Shown here piece by piece: positions 45,301 through 58,630 of a stretch of DNA of 64,000 bases. Each line of letters starts with the position of its first letter. Position 1 is the first letter of the stretch. Source of the stretch: Utricularia gibba (Eukaryota; Plantae; Magnoliophyta); the NCBI GenBank assembly GCA_002189035.1, contig NEEC01000036.1, positions 1 through 64,000 of the forward strand, in the 5' to 3' direction. Under the pieces are notes generated by a model that was not told the DNA's origin, made no database searches, and saw only the letters and a list, made by a program, of their open reading frames with translations. Made by a program: the position numbers and the translations under genes.

Positions 45301-48300
45301 TCCGATTATTGTTGTCGACCAGGCTACAACTAACAACCCGAAGGTGCTCAAGTATAAAGTAAGTTGTTGAAAAAATCATGTGGGGTGCACGTGACATCTT
45401 ACTTTAAACAAATGCATCATTATTTTCGTCGACTCGCACCCGGTTGGGCTCATGAGCCGGACCGAACGTGCCCAGTGAGAGTGGCCGACACAAAACGAGA
45501 AGTTGTTCCTTGAAAAACCTTGTAGGAAGCCCCTGAAAACCGAACGTTAATAAGTGCATCGCTTTAGTTGCCAGGCTACAACTAACTTTCGGCCCTAACC
45601 CAACCTGACCTTTGTCCCGGTTGCCGCATCTTACTTTAAACAAATGCATCATTATTTTCGTCGACTCGCACCCGGTTGGGCTCATGAGCCGGACCGAACG
45701 CAGCGCCGGACCAAGTGCCCAGTGAGAGTGGCCGACACAAAACGAGAAGTTGTTCCTTGAAAAACCTTGTAGGAAGCCCCTGAAAACCGAACGTTAATAA
45801 GTGCATCGCTTTAGTTGCCAGGCTACAACTAACTTTCGGCCCTAACCCAACCTGACCTTTGTCCCGTTCTAGGTGCCCCCAAGACCGCCTCCTCAAGTAT
45901 AAAGTAAGTTGTTGAAAAAATCATGTGGGGTGCACGTGACATCTTACTTTAAACAAATGCATCATTATTTTCGTCGACTCGCACCCTCATGAGTGCCCAG
46001 TGAGAGTGGCCGACACAAAACGAGAAGTTGTTCCTTGAAAAACCTTGTAGGAAGCCCCTGAAAACCGAACGTTAATAAGTGCATCGCTTTAGTTGCCAGG
46101 CTACAACTAACTTTCGGCCCTAACCCAACCTGACCTTTGTCCGGACCAAGTACCACGTGACATCTTACTTTAAACAAATGCATCATTATTTTCGTCGACT
46201 CGCACCCGGTTGGGCTCATGAGCCGGACCGAACGCAGCGCCGGACCAAGCCCAGTGAGAGTTGTTCCTTGAAAAACCTTGTAGGAAGCCCCTGAAAACCG
46301 AACGTTAATAAGTGCATCGCTTTAGTTGCCAGGCTACAACTAACTTTCGGCCCTAACCCAACCTGACCTTTGTCCCGTTCTAGGTGCCCCCAAGACCGCC
46401 TCCTCAAGTATAAAGTAAGTTGTTGAAAAAATCATGTGGGGTGCACGTGACATCTTACTTTAAACAAATGCATCATTATTTTCGTCGACTCGCACCGGTT
46501 GGGCTCATGAGCCGGACCGAACGCAGCGCCGGACCAAGTGCCCAGTGAGAGTGGCCGACACAAAACGAGAAGTTGTTCCTTGAAAAACCTTGTAGGAAGC
46601 CCCTGAAAACCGAACGTTAATAAGTGCATCGCTTTAGTTGCCAGGCTACAACTAACTTTCGGCCCTAACCCAACCTGACCTTTGTCCCGGTTCTCAAGTA
46701 TAAAGTAAGTTGAAAAAATCCACGTGACATCTTACTTTAAACAAATGCATCATTATTTTCGTCGACTCGCACCCGGTTGGGCTCATGAGCCGGACCGAAC
46801 GCAGCGCCGGACCAAGTGCCCAGTGAGAGTGGCCGACACAAAACGAGAAGTTGTTCCTTGAAAAACCTTGTAGGAAGCCCCTGAAAACCGAACGTTAATA
46901 AGTGCATCGCTTTAGTTGCCAGGCTACAACTAACTTTCGGCCCTAACCCAACCTGACCTTTGTCCCGTTCTAGGTGACCGCCTCCTCAAGTACATGTGAC
47001 GTGACATCTTACTTTAAACAAATGCATCATTATTTTCGTCGACTCGCACCCGGTTGGGCTCATGAGCCTGCCCAGTGAGAGTGGCCGACACAAAACGACC
47101 TTGAAAAACCTTGTAGGAAGCCCCTGAAAACCGAACGTTAATAAGTGCATCGCTTTAGTTGCCAGGCTACAACTAACTTTCGGCCCTAACCCAACCTGAC
47201 CTTAATAAGTCAAAGCATCATTATTTTCGTCGACTCGCACCCTCATGTTCTTGAAAAACCTTGTAGGCCCCTGAAAACCGAACCATCGCTGAGGCGAACG
47301 TTAATAAGTGCATCACGTGAGCATCATTATTTTCGTCGACTCGCACCCGGTTGGGCTCATGAGCCGGAAACGCAGCGCCGGACCAAGTGCCCAGTGAGAG
47401 TGGCCGACACAAAACGAGAAGTTGTTCCTTGAAAAACCTTGTAGGAAGCCCCTGAAAACCGAACGTTAATAAGTGCATCGCTTTAGTTGCCAGGCTACAA
47501 CTAACTTTCGGCCCTAACCCAACCTGACCTTTGTCCCGTTCTAGGTGCCCCCCAAGACCGCCTCCTCAAGTATAAAGTAAGTTGTTGAAAAAATCATGTG
47601 GGGTGCACGTGACATCTTACTTTAAACAAATGCATCATTATTTTCGTCGACTCGCACCCGGTTGGGAGCTGCCCAGTGAGAGTGGCCGACACAAAACGAG
47701 AAGTTGTTCCTTGAAAAACCTTGTAGGAAGCCCCTGAAAACCGAACGTTAATAAGTGCATCGCTTTAGTTGCCAGGCTACAACTAACTTTCGGCCCTAAC
47801 CCAACCTGACCTTTGTCAGGTGCCCCCCAAGACCGCCTCCTCACCACGTGACATCTTACTTTAAACAAATGCATCATTATTTTCGTCGACTCGCACCCGG
47901 TTGGGCTCATGAGCCTTTGAAAAACCTTGTAGGAAGCCCCTGAAAACCGAACGTTAATAAGTGCATCGCTTTAGTTGCCAGGCTACAACTAACTTTCGGC
48001 CCTAACCCAACCTGACCTTTGTCCCGTTCTAGGTGCCCCCAAGACCGCCTCCTCAAGTATAAAGTAAGTTGTTGAAAAAATCATGTGGGGTGCACGTGAC
48101 ATCTTACTTTAAACAAATGCATCATTATTTTCGTCGACTCGCACCCGGTTGGGCTCATGAGCCGGACCGAACGCAGCGCCGGACCAAGTGCCCAGTGAGA
48201 GTGGCCGACACAAAACGAGAAGTTGTTCCTTGAAAAACCTTGTAGGAAGCCCCTGAAAACCGAACGTTAATAAGTGCATCGCTTTAGTTGCCAGGCTACA

Positions 48301-51300
48301 ACTAACTTTCGGCCCTAACCCAACCTGACCTTTGTCCCGTTCTAGGTGCCCCCAAGACCGCCTCCTCAAGTATAAAGTAAGTTGTTGAAAAAATCATGTG
48401 GGGTGCACGTGACATCTTACTTTAAACAAATGCATCATTATTTTCGTCGACTCGCACCCGGTTGGGCTCATGAGCCGGACCGAACGCAGCGCCGGACCAA
48501 GTGCCCAGTGAGAGTGGCCGACACAAAACGAGAAGTTGTTCCTTGAAAAACCTTGTAGGAAGCCCCTGAAAACCGAACGTTAATAAGTGCATCGCTTTAG
48601 TTGCCAGGCTACAACTAACTTTCGGCCCTAACCCAACCTGACCTTTGTCCCGTTCTAGGTGCCCCCCAAGACCGCCTCCTCAAGTATAAAGTAAGTTGTT
48701 GAAAAAATCATGTGGGGTGCACGTGACATCTTACTTTAAACAAATGCATCATTATTTTCGTCGACTCGCACCCGGTTGGGCTCATGAGCCGGACCGAACG
48801 CAGCGCCGGACCAAGTGCCCAGTGAGAGTGGCCGACACAAAACGAGAAGTTGTTCCTTGAAAAACCTTGTAGGAAGCCCCTGAAAACCGAACGTTAATAA
48901 GTGCATCGCTTTAGTTGCCAGGCTACAACTAACTTTCGGCCCTAACCCAACCTGACCTTTGTCCCGTTCTAGGTGCCCCCAAGACCGCCTCCTCAAGTAT
49001 AAAGTAAGTTGTTGAAAAAATCATGTGGGGTGCACGTGACATCTTACTTTAAACAAATGCATCATTATTTTCGTCGACTCGCACCCGGTTGGGCTCATGA
49101 GCCGGACCGAACGCAGACCAAGTGCCCAGTGAGAGTGGCCGACACAAAACGAGAAGTTGTTCCTTGAAAAACCTTGTAGGAAGCCCCTGAAAACCGAACG
49201 TTAATAAGTGCATCGCTTTAGTTGCCAGGCTACAACTAACTTTCGGCCCTAACCCAACCTGACCTTTGTCCCGGTTGTATCCACCATCTTACTTTAAACA
49301 AATGCATCATTATTTTCGTCGACTCGCACCCGGTTGGGCTCATGAGCCGGACCGAACGCAGCGCCGGACCAAGTGCCCAGTGAGAGTGGCCGACACAAAA
49401 CGAGAAGTTGTTCCTTGAAAAACCTTGTAGGAAGCCCCTGAAAACCGAACGTTAATAAGTGCATCGCTTTAGTTGCCAGGCTACAACTAACTTTCGGCCC
49501 TAACCCAACCTGACCTTTGTCCCGTTCTAGGTGCCCCCCAAGACCGCCTCCTCAAGCCACGTGACATCTTACTTTAAACAAATGCATCATTATTTTCGTC
49601 GACTCGCACCCGGTTGGGCTCATGAGCCGGACCGAACGCAGCGCCGGACCAAGTGCCCAGTGAGAGTGGCCGACACAAAACGAGAAGTTGTTCCTTGAAA
49701 AACCTTGTAGGAAGCCCCTGAAAACCGAACGTTGAAGGTAAGTGCATCGTTTAGTTGCCAGGCTTTAACTTTCGGCCCTAACCCAACCTGACCTTTGTCC
49801 CGCACCCGGTTGGGACTCATTGAAGCCGGACCGAACGCAGCGCCGGACCAAGTGCCCAGTGAGAGTGGCCGACACAAAACGAGAAGTTGTTCCTTGAAAA
49901 ACCTTGTAGGAAGCCCCTGAAAACCGAACGTTAATAAGTGCATCGCTTTAGTTGTCGACAGGCTACAACTAACTTTCGGCCCTAACCCAACCTGACCTTT
50001 GTCCCGTTCTAGGTGCCCCCAAGACCGCCTCCTCAAGTATAAAGTAAGTTGTTGAAAAAATCACGTGTGGTCGGTTGGGCACCGTGACCGATTGTTCCTT
50101 AAAACCTTGTAGGAAGCCCCTGAAAACCGAACGTCATTTAGTTGCATTAACTTTTTTACTCGCACACGGTGGTCGACTCATTGACCGGACCGAACGCAGC
50201 GCCGGACCAAGTGCCCAGTGAGAGTGGCCGACACAAAACGAGAAGTTGTTCCTTGAAAACCCTTGGCCCTAGACAAGTGAAAACCACGTGACATCGTTGT
50301 CGACTAATGTGCATGAGAGTGGCCGACTTTAGTTGATCTTACACTAACTTTCGGACCCTAATGCCTGACCTTTGTCCCGTTCTAGGTGCCCCCAAGACCG
50401 CCTCCTCAAGTATAAAGTAAGTTGTTGAAAAAATCATGTGGGGTGCACGTGACATCTTACTTTAAACAAATGCATCATTATTTTCGTCGACTCGCACCCG
50501 GTTGGGCTCATGAGCCGGACCGAACGCAGCGCCGGACCGAACAAAACGAGAAGTGTTCCTTGAAAAACCTTGTAGGAAGCCCCTGAAAACCGAACGTTAA
50601 TAAGTGCATCGCTTTAGTTGCCAGGCTACAACTAACTTTCGGCCCTAACCCAACCTGACCTTTGTCCCGTTCTAGGTGCCCCCAAGACCGCCTCCTCAAG
50701 TATAAAGTAAGTTGTTGAAAAAATCCTTGAAAAACCTTGTAGGAAGCCCTGCCCAAAACCGAGACGTTGTAATGAAGTGCATCGCTTTAGTTGCCAGGCT
50801 ACAACTAACTTTCGGCCCTAACCCAACCTGACCTTTGTCCCTTCTAGGTGCCCCAAGACCGCCTCCTCAAGTATAAAGTAAGTTGTTGAAAAAATCATGT
50901 GGGGTGCACCATCTTAAAACAAATGCATCATTATTTTCGTCGACTCGCACCCGGTTGGGCTCATGAGTAGTGAGAGTGGCCGACACAAAACGAGAAGTTT
51001 TCCTTGAAAAACCTTGTAGGAAGCCCCTGAAAACCGAACGTTGATCGCTTTAGTTGCCAAAACTAACTTTCGGCCCTAACCCAACCTGACCTTTGTCCCG
51101 TTCTAGGTGCCCCCAAGACCGCCTCCTCAAGTATAAAGTAAGTTGTTGAAAAAATCATGTGGGGTGCACGTGACATCTTACTTTAAACAAATGCATCATT
51201 ATTTTCGTCGACTCGCACCCGGTTGGGCTCATGAGCCGGACCGAACGCAGCGCCGGACCAAGTGCCCAGTGAGAGTGGCCGACACAAAACGAGAAGTTGT

Positions 51301-54300
51301 TCCTTGAAAAACCTTGTAGGAAGCCCCTGAAAACCGAACGTTAATAAGTGCATCGCTTTAGTTGCCAGGCTACAACTAACTTTCGGCCCTAACCCAACCT
51401 GACCTTTGTCCCGTTCTAGGTGCCCCCCAAGACCGCCTCCTCAAGTATAAAGTAAGTTGTTGAAAAAATCATGTGGGGTGCACGTGACATCTTACTTTAA
51501 ACAAATGCATCATTATTTTCGTCGACTCGCACCCGGTTGGGCTCATGAGCCGGACCGAACGCAGCGCCGGACCAAGTGCCCAGTGAGAGTGGCCGACACA
51601 AAACGAGAAGTTGTTCCTTGAAAAACCTTGTAGGAAGCCCCTGAAAACCGAACGTTAATAAGTGCATCGCTTTAGTTGCCAGGCTACAACTAACTTTCGG
51701 CCCTAACCCAACCTGACCTTTGTCCCGTTCTAGGTGCCCCCCAAGACCGCCTCCTCAAGTATAAAGTAAGTTGTTGAAAAAATCATGTGGGGTGCACGTG
51801 ACATCTTACTTTAAACAAATGCATCATTATTTTCGTCGACTCGCACCCGGTTGGGCTCATGAGCCGGACCGAACGCAGCGCCGGACCAAGTGCCCAGTGA
51901 GAGTGGCCGACACAAAACGAGAAGTTGTTCCTTGAAAAACCTTGTAGGAAGCCCCTGAAAACCGAACGTTAATAAGTGCATCGCTTTAGTTGCCAGGCTA
52001 CAACTAACTTTCGGCCCTAACCCAACCTGACCTTTGTCCCGTTCTAGGTGCCCCCAAGACCGCCTCCTCAAGTATAAAGTAAGTTGTTGAAAAAATCATG
52101 TGGGGTGCACGTGACATCTTACTTTAAACAAATGCATCATTATTTTCGTCGACTCGCACCCGGTTGGGCTCATGAGCCGGACCGAACGCAGCGCCGGACC
52201 AAGTGCCCAGTGAGAGTGGCCGACACAAAACGAGAAGTTGTTCCTTGAAAAACCTTGTAGGAAGCCCCTGAAAACCGAACGTTAATAAGTGCATCGCTTT
52301 AGTTGCCAGGCTACAACTAACTTTCGGCCCTAACCCAACCTGACCTTTGTCCCGTTCTAGGTGCCCCCGAAGACCGCCTCCTCAAGTATAAAGTAAGTTG
52401 TTGAAAAAATCATGTGGGGTGCACGTGACATCTTACTTTAAACAAATGCATCATTATTTTCGTCGACTCGCACCCGGTTGGGCTCATGAGCCGGACCGAA
52501 CGCAGCGCCGGACCAAGTGCCCAGTGAGAGTGGCCGACACAAAACGAGAAGTTGTTCCTTGAAAAACCTTGTAGGAAGCCCCTGAAAACCGAACGTTAAT
52601 AAGTGCATCGCTTTAGTTGCCAGGCTACAACTAACTTTCGGCCCTGAACCCAACCTGACCTTTTGTCCCGTTCCGTCAGGTGCCCCCTTACAAGATCCGA
52701 CCTCCCGTTCAAGTAAGTAAAGTAAGTTGTTGAAAAAATCAAGTGTGGGGTGCACGTGACATCTTACTTTAAACAAATGCATCATTATTTTCGTCGACTC
52801 GCACCCGGTTGGGCTCATGAGCCGGACCGAACGCAGCGCCGGACCAAGTGCCCAGTGAGAGTGGCCGACACAAAACGAGAAGTTGTTCCTTGAAAAACCT
52901 TGTAGGAAGCCCCTGAAAACCGAACGTTAATAAGTGCATCGCTTTAGTTGCCAGGCTACAACTAACTTTCGGCCCTAACCCAACCTGAGGCCTTTGTCCC
53001 GTTCTAGGTGCCCCCCAAGACCGCCTCCTCAAGTATAAAGTAAGTTGTTGAAAAAATCATGTGGGTGCACGTGACATCTTACTTTAAACAAATGCATCAT
53101 TATTTTCGTCGACTCGCACCCGGTTGGGCTCATGAGCCGGACCGAACGCAGCGCGGACCAAGTGCCCAGTGAGAGTGGCCGACACAAAACGAGAAGTTGT
53201 TCCTTGAAAAACCTTGTAGGAAGCCCCTGAAAACCGAACGTTAATAAGTGCATCGCTTTAGTTGCCAGGCTACAACTAACTTTCGGCCCTAACCCAACCT
53301 GACCTTTGTCCCGTTCTAGGTGCCCCCAAGACCGCCTCCTCAAGTATAAAGTAAGTTGTTGAAAAATCATGTGGGGTGCACGTGACATCTTACTTTAAAC
53401 AAATGCATCATTATTTTCGTCGACTCGCACCCGGTTGGGCTCATGAGCCGGACCGAACGCAGCGCCGGACCAAGTGCCCAGTGAGAGTGGCCGACACAAA
53501 ACGAGAAGTTGTTCCTTGAAAAACCTTGTAGGAAGCCCCTGAAAACCGAACGTTAATAAGTGCATCGCTTTAGTTGCCAGGCTACAACTAACTTTCGGCC
53601 CTAACCCAACCTGACCTTTGTCCCGTTCTAGGTGCCCCCAAGACCGCCTCCTCAAGTATAAAGTAAGTTGTTGAAAAATCATGTGGGGTGCACGTGACAT
53701 CTTACTTTAAACAAATGCATCATTATTTTCGTCGACTCGCACCCGGTTGGGCTCATGAGCCGGACCGAACGCAGCGCCGGACCAAGTGCCCAGTGAGAGT
53801 GGCCGACACAAAACGAGAAGTTGTTCCTTGAAAAACCTTGTAGGAAGCCCCTGAAAACCGAACGTTAATAAGTGCATCGCTTTAGTTGCCAGGCTACAAC
53901 TAACTTTCGCCCTAACCCAACCTGACCTTTGTCCCGTTCTAGGTGCCCCCAAGACCGCCTCCTCAAGTATAAAGTAAGTTGTTGAAAAAATCATGTGGGG
54001 TGCAACACAAATGCATCATTATTTTCGTCGACTCGCACCCGGTTGGGCTCATGAGCCGGACCGAACGCAGCGCCGGACCAAGTGCCCAGTGAGAGTGGCT
54101 TCCTTGAAAAACCTTGTAGGAAGCCCCTGAAAACCGAACGTTAATAAGTGCATCGCTTTAGTTGCCAGGCTACAACTAACTTTCGGCCCTAACCCAACCT
54201 GACCTTTGTCCCGTTCTAGGTGCCCCCAAGACCGCCTCCTCAAGTATAAAGTAAGTTGTTGAAAAAATCATGTGGGGTGCACGTGACATCTTACTTTAAA

Positions 54301-54319
54301 CAAATGCATCATTATTTTC

Positions 54320-57300
54320 AAACATTGTTTTTGAAAAACCTTGTAGGAAGCCCCTGAAAACCGAACGTTAATAAGTGCATCGCTTTAGTTGCCAGGCTAC
54401 AACTAACTTTCGGCCCTAACCCAACCTGACCTTTGTCGCAACCGAACGTGTTGGGCTCGCTTTGTGCCCAGTGAGAGCTAGGTGCCCCGAGAGAGTAACC
54501 TGACCTTTGTCCCTTTAACCTTGCATGTGACTCCTGAAGTGACATAAGTTGTCATCGCTTTAGTTGCCAGGCTACAACTAACTTTCGGCCCTAACCCAAC
54601 CTGACCTTGTCCCGTTCTAGGTGCCCCCAAGACCGCCTCCTCAAGTATAAAGTAAGTTGTTGAAAAAATCATGTGGGGTGCACGTGACATCTACTTTAAA
54701 CAAATGCATCATTATTTTCGTCGACTCGCACCGGTTGGGCTCATGAGTGCGCCGGACCAAGTAGCCCAAGTGCGAGTGCAGAGTGACAAGTAACAAAAGT
54801 GAGAATCCTTGAGAAGTTGTTCCTTGAAAAACCTGTAGGAAGCCCCTGAAAACCGAACGTTAATAAGTGCATCGCTTTAGTTGCCAGGCTACAACTAACT
54901 TTCGCCCTAACCAACCTGACCTTGTCCCGTTCTAGGTGCCCCCAAGACCGCCTCCTCAAGTATAAAGTAGTTGTTGAAAAAATCATGTGGGGTGCACGTG
55001 ACATCTTACTTTAAACAAATGCATCCCGCCAGGCTGCCCAACTAACTTTCGGCCCCGAACCCAACCTATAAAGTAAGTTGTTGAAAAAATCATGTGGGGT
55101 GCACGTGACATCTTACTTTAAACAAATGCATCATTATTTTCGTCGACTCGCACCCGGTTGGGCTCATGAGCCGGACCGAACGTGCCCAGCCCACGAGACC
55201 GCCTCCCTCAAGTATAAAGAGTGCAGCCGTTGAAAAAATCATGTGGGGTGCACGTGACATCTTACTTAAACAAATGCATCATTATTTTCGTCGACTCGCA
55301 CCCGGTTGGGCTCATGAGCCGGACCGAACCCACTGAAAAACCGAACAAGTTAATAAGTGCATCGCTTTAGTTGCCAGGCTACAACTAACTTTCGGCCCTA
55401 ACCCAACCTGACCCGACCCGTTCTAACCCCAGACGTCCTCCTTGAAAAGTTGTAAGTAGAAGCCCCTGAAAACCGAACGTTAATAAGTGCATCGCTTCAT
55501 GTTGCCAGGTGCTACATCACTTCTTACTTTAAACAAATGCATCATTATTTTCGTCGACTCGCACCTAACCGGCTGATGAGCCGGACCGAACGCCCGTTCC
55601 GGACCAAGCCCCCAAGACCCAGTGCTCAAGTATAAAGTAAGTTGTTGAAAAAATCATGGGGGTGCACGTGACATCTTACTTTAAACAAATGCATCATTAT
55701 TTTCGTCGACTCGCACCCGTTGGCTCATGAGCCGGACCGAACGCAGCGCCGGACCAAGTGCCAGTGAGAGTGGCCGACACAAAACGAGAAGTTGTTCCTT
55801 GAAAACCTTGTAGGAAGCCCCTGAAAACCGAACGTTAATAAGTGCATCGCTTTAGTTGCCAGGCTACAACTAACTTTCGGCCCTAACCCAACCTGACCTT
55901 TGTCCCGTTCTAGTGCCCCCAAGACCGCCTCCTCAAGTATAAAGTAAGTTGTTGAAAAAATCATGTGGGGTGCACGTGACATCTTACTTTAAACAAATGC
56001 ATCATTATTTTCGTCGACTCGCACCGGTTGGGCTCATGAGCCGGACCGAACGCAGCGCCGGACCAAGTGCCCAGTGAGAGTGGCCGACACAAAACGAGAA
56101 GTTGTTCCTTGAAAAACCTTGTAGGAAGCCCTGAAAACCGAACGTTAATAAGTGCATCGCTTCATGTTGCCAGGTGCTACATCACTTCTTACTTTAAACA
56201 AATGCATCATTATTTTCGTCGACTCGCACCCGGTTGGGCTCATGAGCCGGACCGAACGCAGCGCCGGTGACCTTGCCCAGTGAGAGTTCCGAGGTGAGAA
56301 GACCGCCTCCTCAAGTATAAAAGTGTTGAAAAAATCATGTGGGTGCACGTGACATCTTACTTTAAACAAATGCATCATTATTTTCGTCGACTCGCACCCG
56401 GTTGGGCTCATGAGCCGGACCGAACGCAGCGCCGGACCAAGTGCCCAGTGAGAGTGGCCGACACAAACGACGAGAATTGTGCATCCTTTAAAAACCTTGT
56501 CCCAGGAAGCCGCCTGAAAACCCAACCTGACCTTTGTCCCGTGCATCTTTAGTTGCCCCCAAGACTAACTTTCGGCCTCCTCACCCAACCTATAAAGTAA
56601 GTTGTTGAAAAAATCATGTGGGGTGCACGTCCCGACTTCTTGGTGCCCCCCAAGAAATGCCGCCTCCTCAAGTTATAAATTTTAAGTCGTTGAACCCGAA
56701 TCATGTGGGGTGCACGTGACATCTTACTTTAAACAAATGCATCATTATTTTCGTCGACTCGCACCCGGTTGGGCTCATGAGCCGGACCGAACGCAGCGCC
56801 GGACCAAGTGCCCAGTGAGAGTGGCCGACACAAAACGAGAAGTTGTTCCTTGAAAAACCTTGTAGGAAGCCCCTGAAAACCGAACGTTAATAAGTGCATC
56901 GCTTTAGTTGCCAGGCTACAACTAACTTTCGGCCCTAACCCAACCTGACCTTTGTCCGTTCTAGGTGCCCCCCAAGACCGCCTCAAGCAATAAAAAGTTG
57001 AGTTGTTGAAAAATCATGTGGGTGCACGTGACACTCTTACTTTAAACAAATGCATCATTATTTTCGTCGACTCGCACCGGTTGGCTCATGAGCCGGATGA
57101 GTGAGTGGCCGACACAAAACGAGAAGTTGTTCCTTGAAAAACCTTGTAGGAACCGGTTAATAAGTGCATCGCTTTAGTTGCCAGGCTACAACTAACTTTC
57201 GCAGCCCCGGACCAAGTGCCTGACCTTTGTCCAGGTGGCCCCCAAGCAACGAGAAGTTGTTCCTTGAAAAACCTTGTAGGAAGTAAGTTCCTTGAAAACC

Positions 57301-58630
57301 GAACGTTGGGGTAAGTGCATCGTGACATCTTACTTTAAACAAATGCATCATTATTTTCGTCGACTCGCACCCGGTTGGGCTCATGAGCCGGACCGAACGC
57401 AGCGCCGGACCAAGTGCCCAGTGAGAGTGGCCGACACAAAACGAGAAGTTGTTCGAAAAACCTTGTAGGAACCCTAACCCAACAAAACCGAACCCGTTAG
57501 GTGCCCCCAAGTACATCGCCTTAGCAAGTCCAGGCTAAGTAAGTTTGTTGAAAAAATAACCGATGTGGGGTGTCCCGTTTGAGGTGCCCCCAAGACCGCT
57601 CCTCAAGTATAAAGTAAGTTGTTGAAAAAATCATGTGGGGCACGTGACATCTTACTTTAATGCATCATTATTTTCGTCGACTCGCACCCGGTTGGGCTCA
57701 TGAGCCGGACCGAACGCAGCGCCGGACCGTCCCAGTGAGAGTGGCCGGTTGGGCTCAACTGAGAACCGAACCAGCGCCGGACCACCTTGTAGTGCCCAGT
57801 GAGAGTGGCCGACACAAACGACGAGAATTGTTCCTTGAAAAACCAGGCTGTAGGAAGCCCCTGAAAACAACCGACCTTAATAAGTTCATCGCTTTAGTTG
57901 CCAGGCTACAACTAACTTTCGGCCCCCCAAGAACCTGACCTTTGTCCCGTTCTAGGCCCCCAAGACCGCCTCCTCATGTGTATAAAGTAAGTTGTTGAAA
58001 ATACATGTGGGGTGCACGTGACATCTTACTTTAAACAAATGCATCATTATTTTCGTCGACTCGCACCCGGTTGGGCTCATGAGCCGGACCGAACGCAGCG
58101 CCGGACCAAGTGCCCAGTGAGAGTGGCCGACACAAAACGAGAAGTTGTTCCTTGAAAAACCTTGTAGGAAGCCCCTGAAAACCGAACGTTAATAAGTGCA
58201 TCGCTTTAGTTGCCAGGCTACAACTAACTTTCGGCCCTAACCCAACCTGACCTTTGTCCCGTTCTAGGTGCCCCCCAAGACCGCCTCCTCAAGTATAAAG
58301 TAAGTTGTTGAAAAAATCATGTGGGGTGCACGTGACATCTTACTTTAAACAAATGCATCATTATTTTCGTCGACTCGCAATGAGCCGGACCGAACGCAGC
58401 GCCGGACCAGTGCCCAGTGAGAGTGGCCGACACAAAACGAGAAGTTGTTCCTTGAAAAACCTTGTAGGAAGCCCTGAAAACCGAACGTTAATAAGTCGCT
58501 TTAGTTGCCAGGCTACAACTAACTTTCGGCGACCTTTGTCCCTTCTAAAGACCGCCTCCTCACATGTGGGTGCACGACATCTTACTTTAAACAAATGCAT
58601 CATTATTTTCGTCGACTCGCTTGGGCTCAT
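54320..58630. other. Second long degraded stretch of the array, with truncated and garbled monomers interleaved with near-intact ones
   Basis: It has many indels and out-of-register junctions, and monomer anchors (CACGTGACATCTTAC, GTCGACTCGCAC) remain recognisable. Confidence 0.85.
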
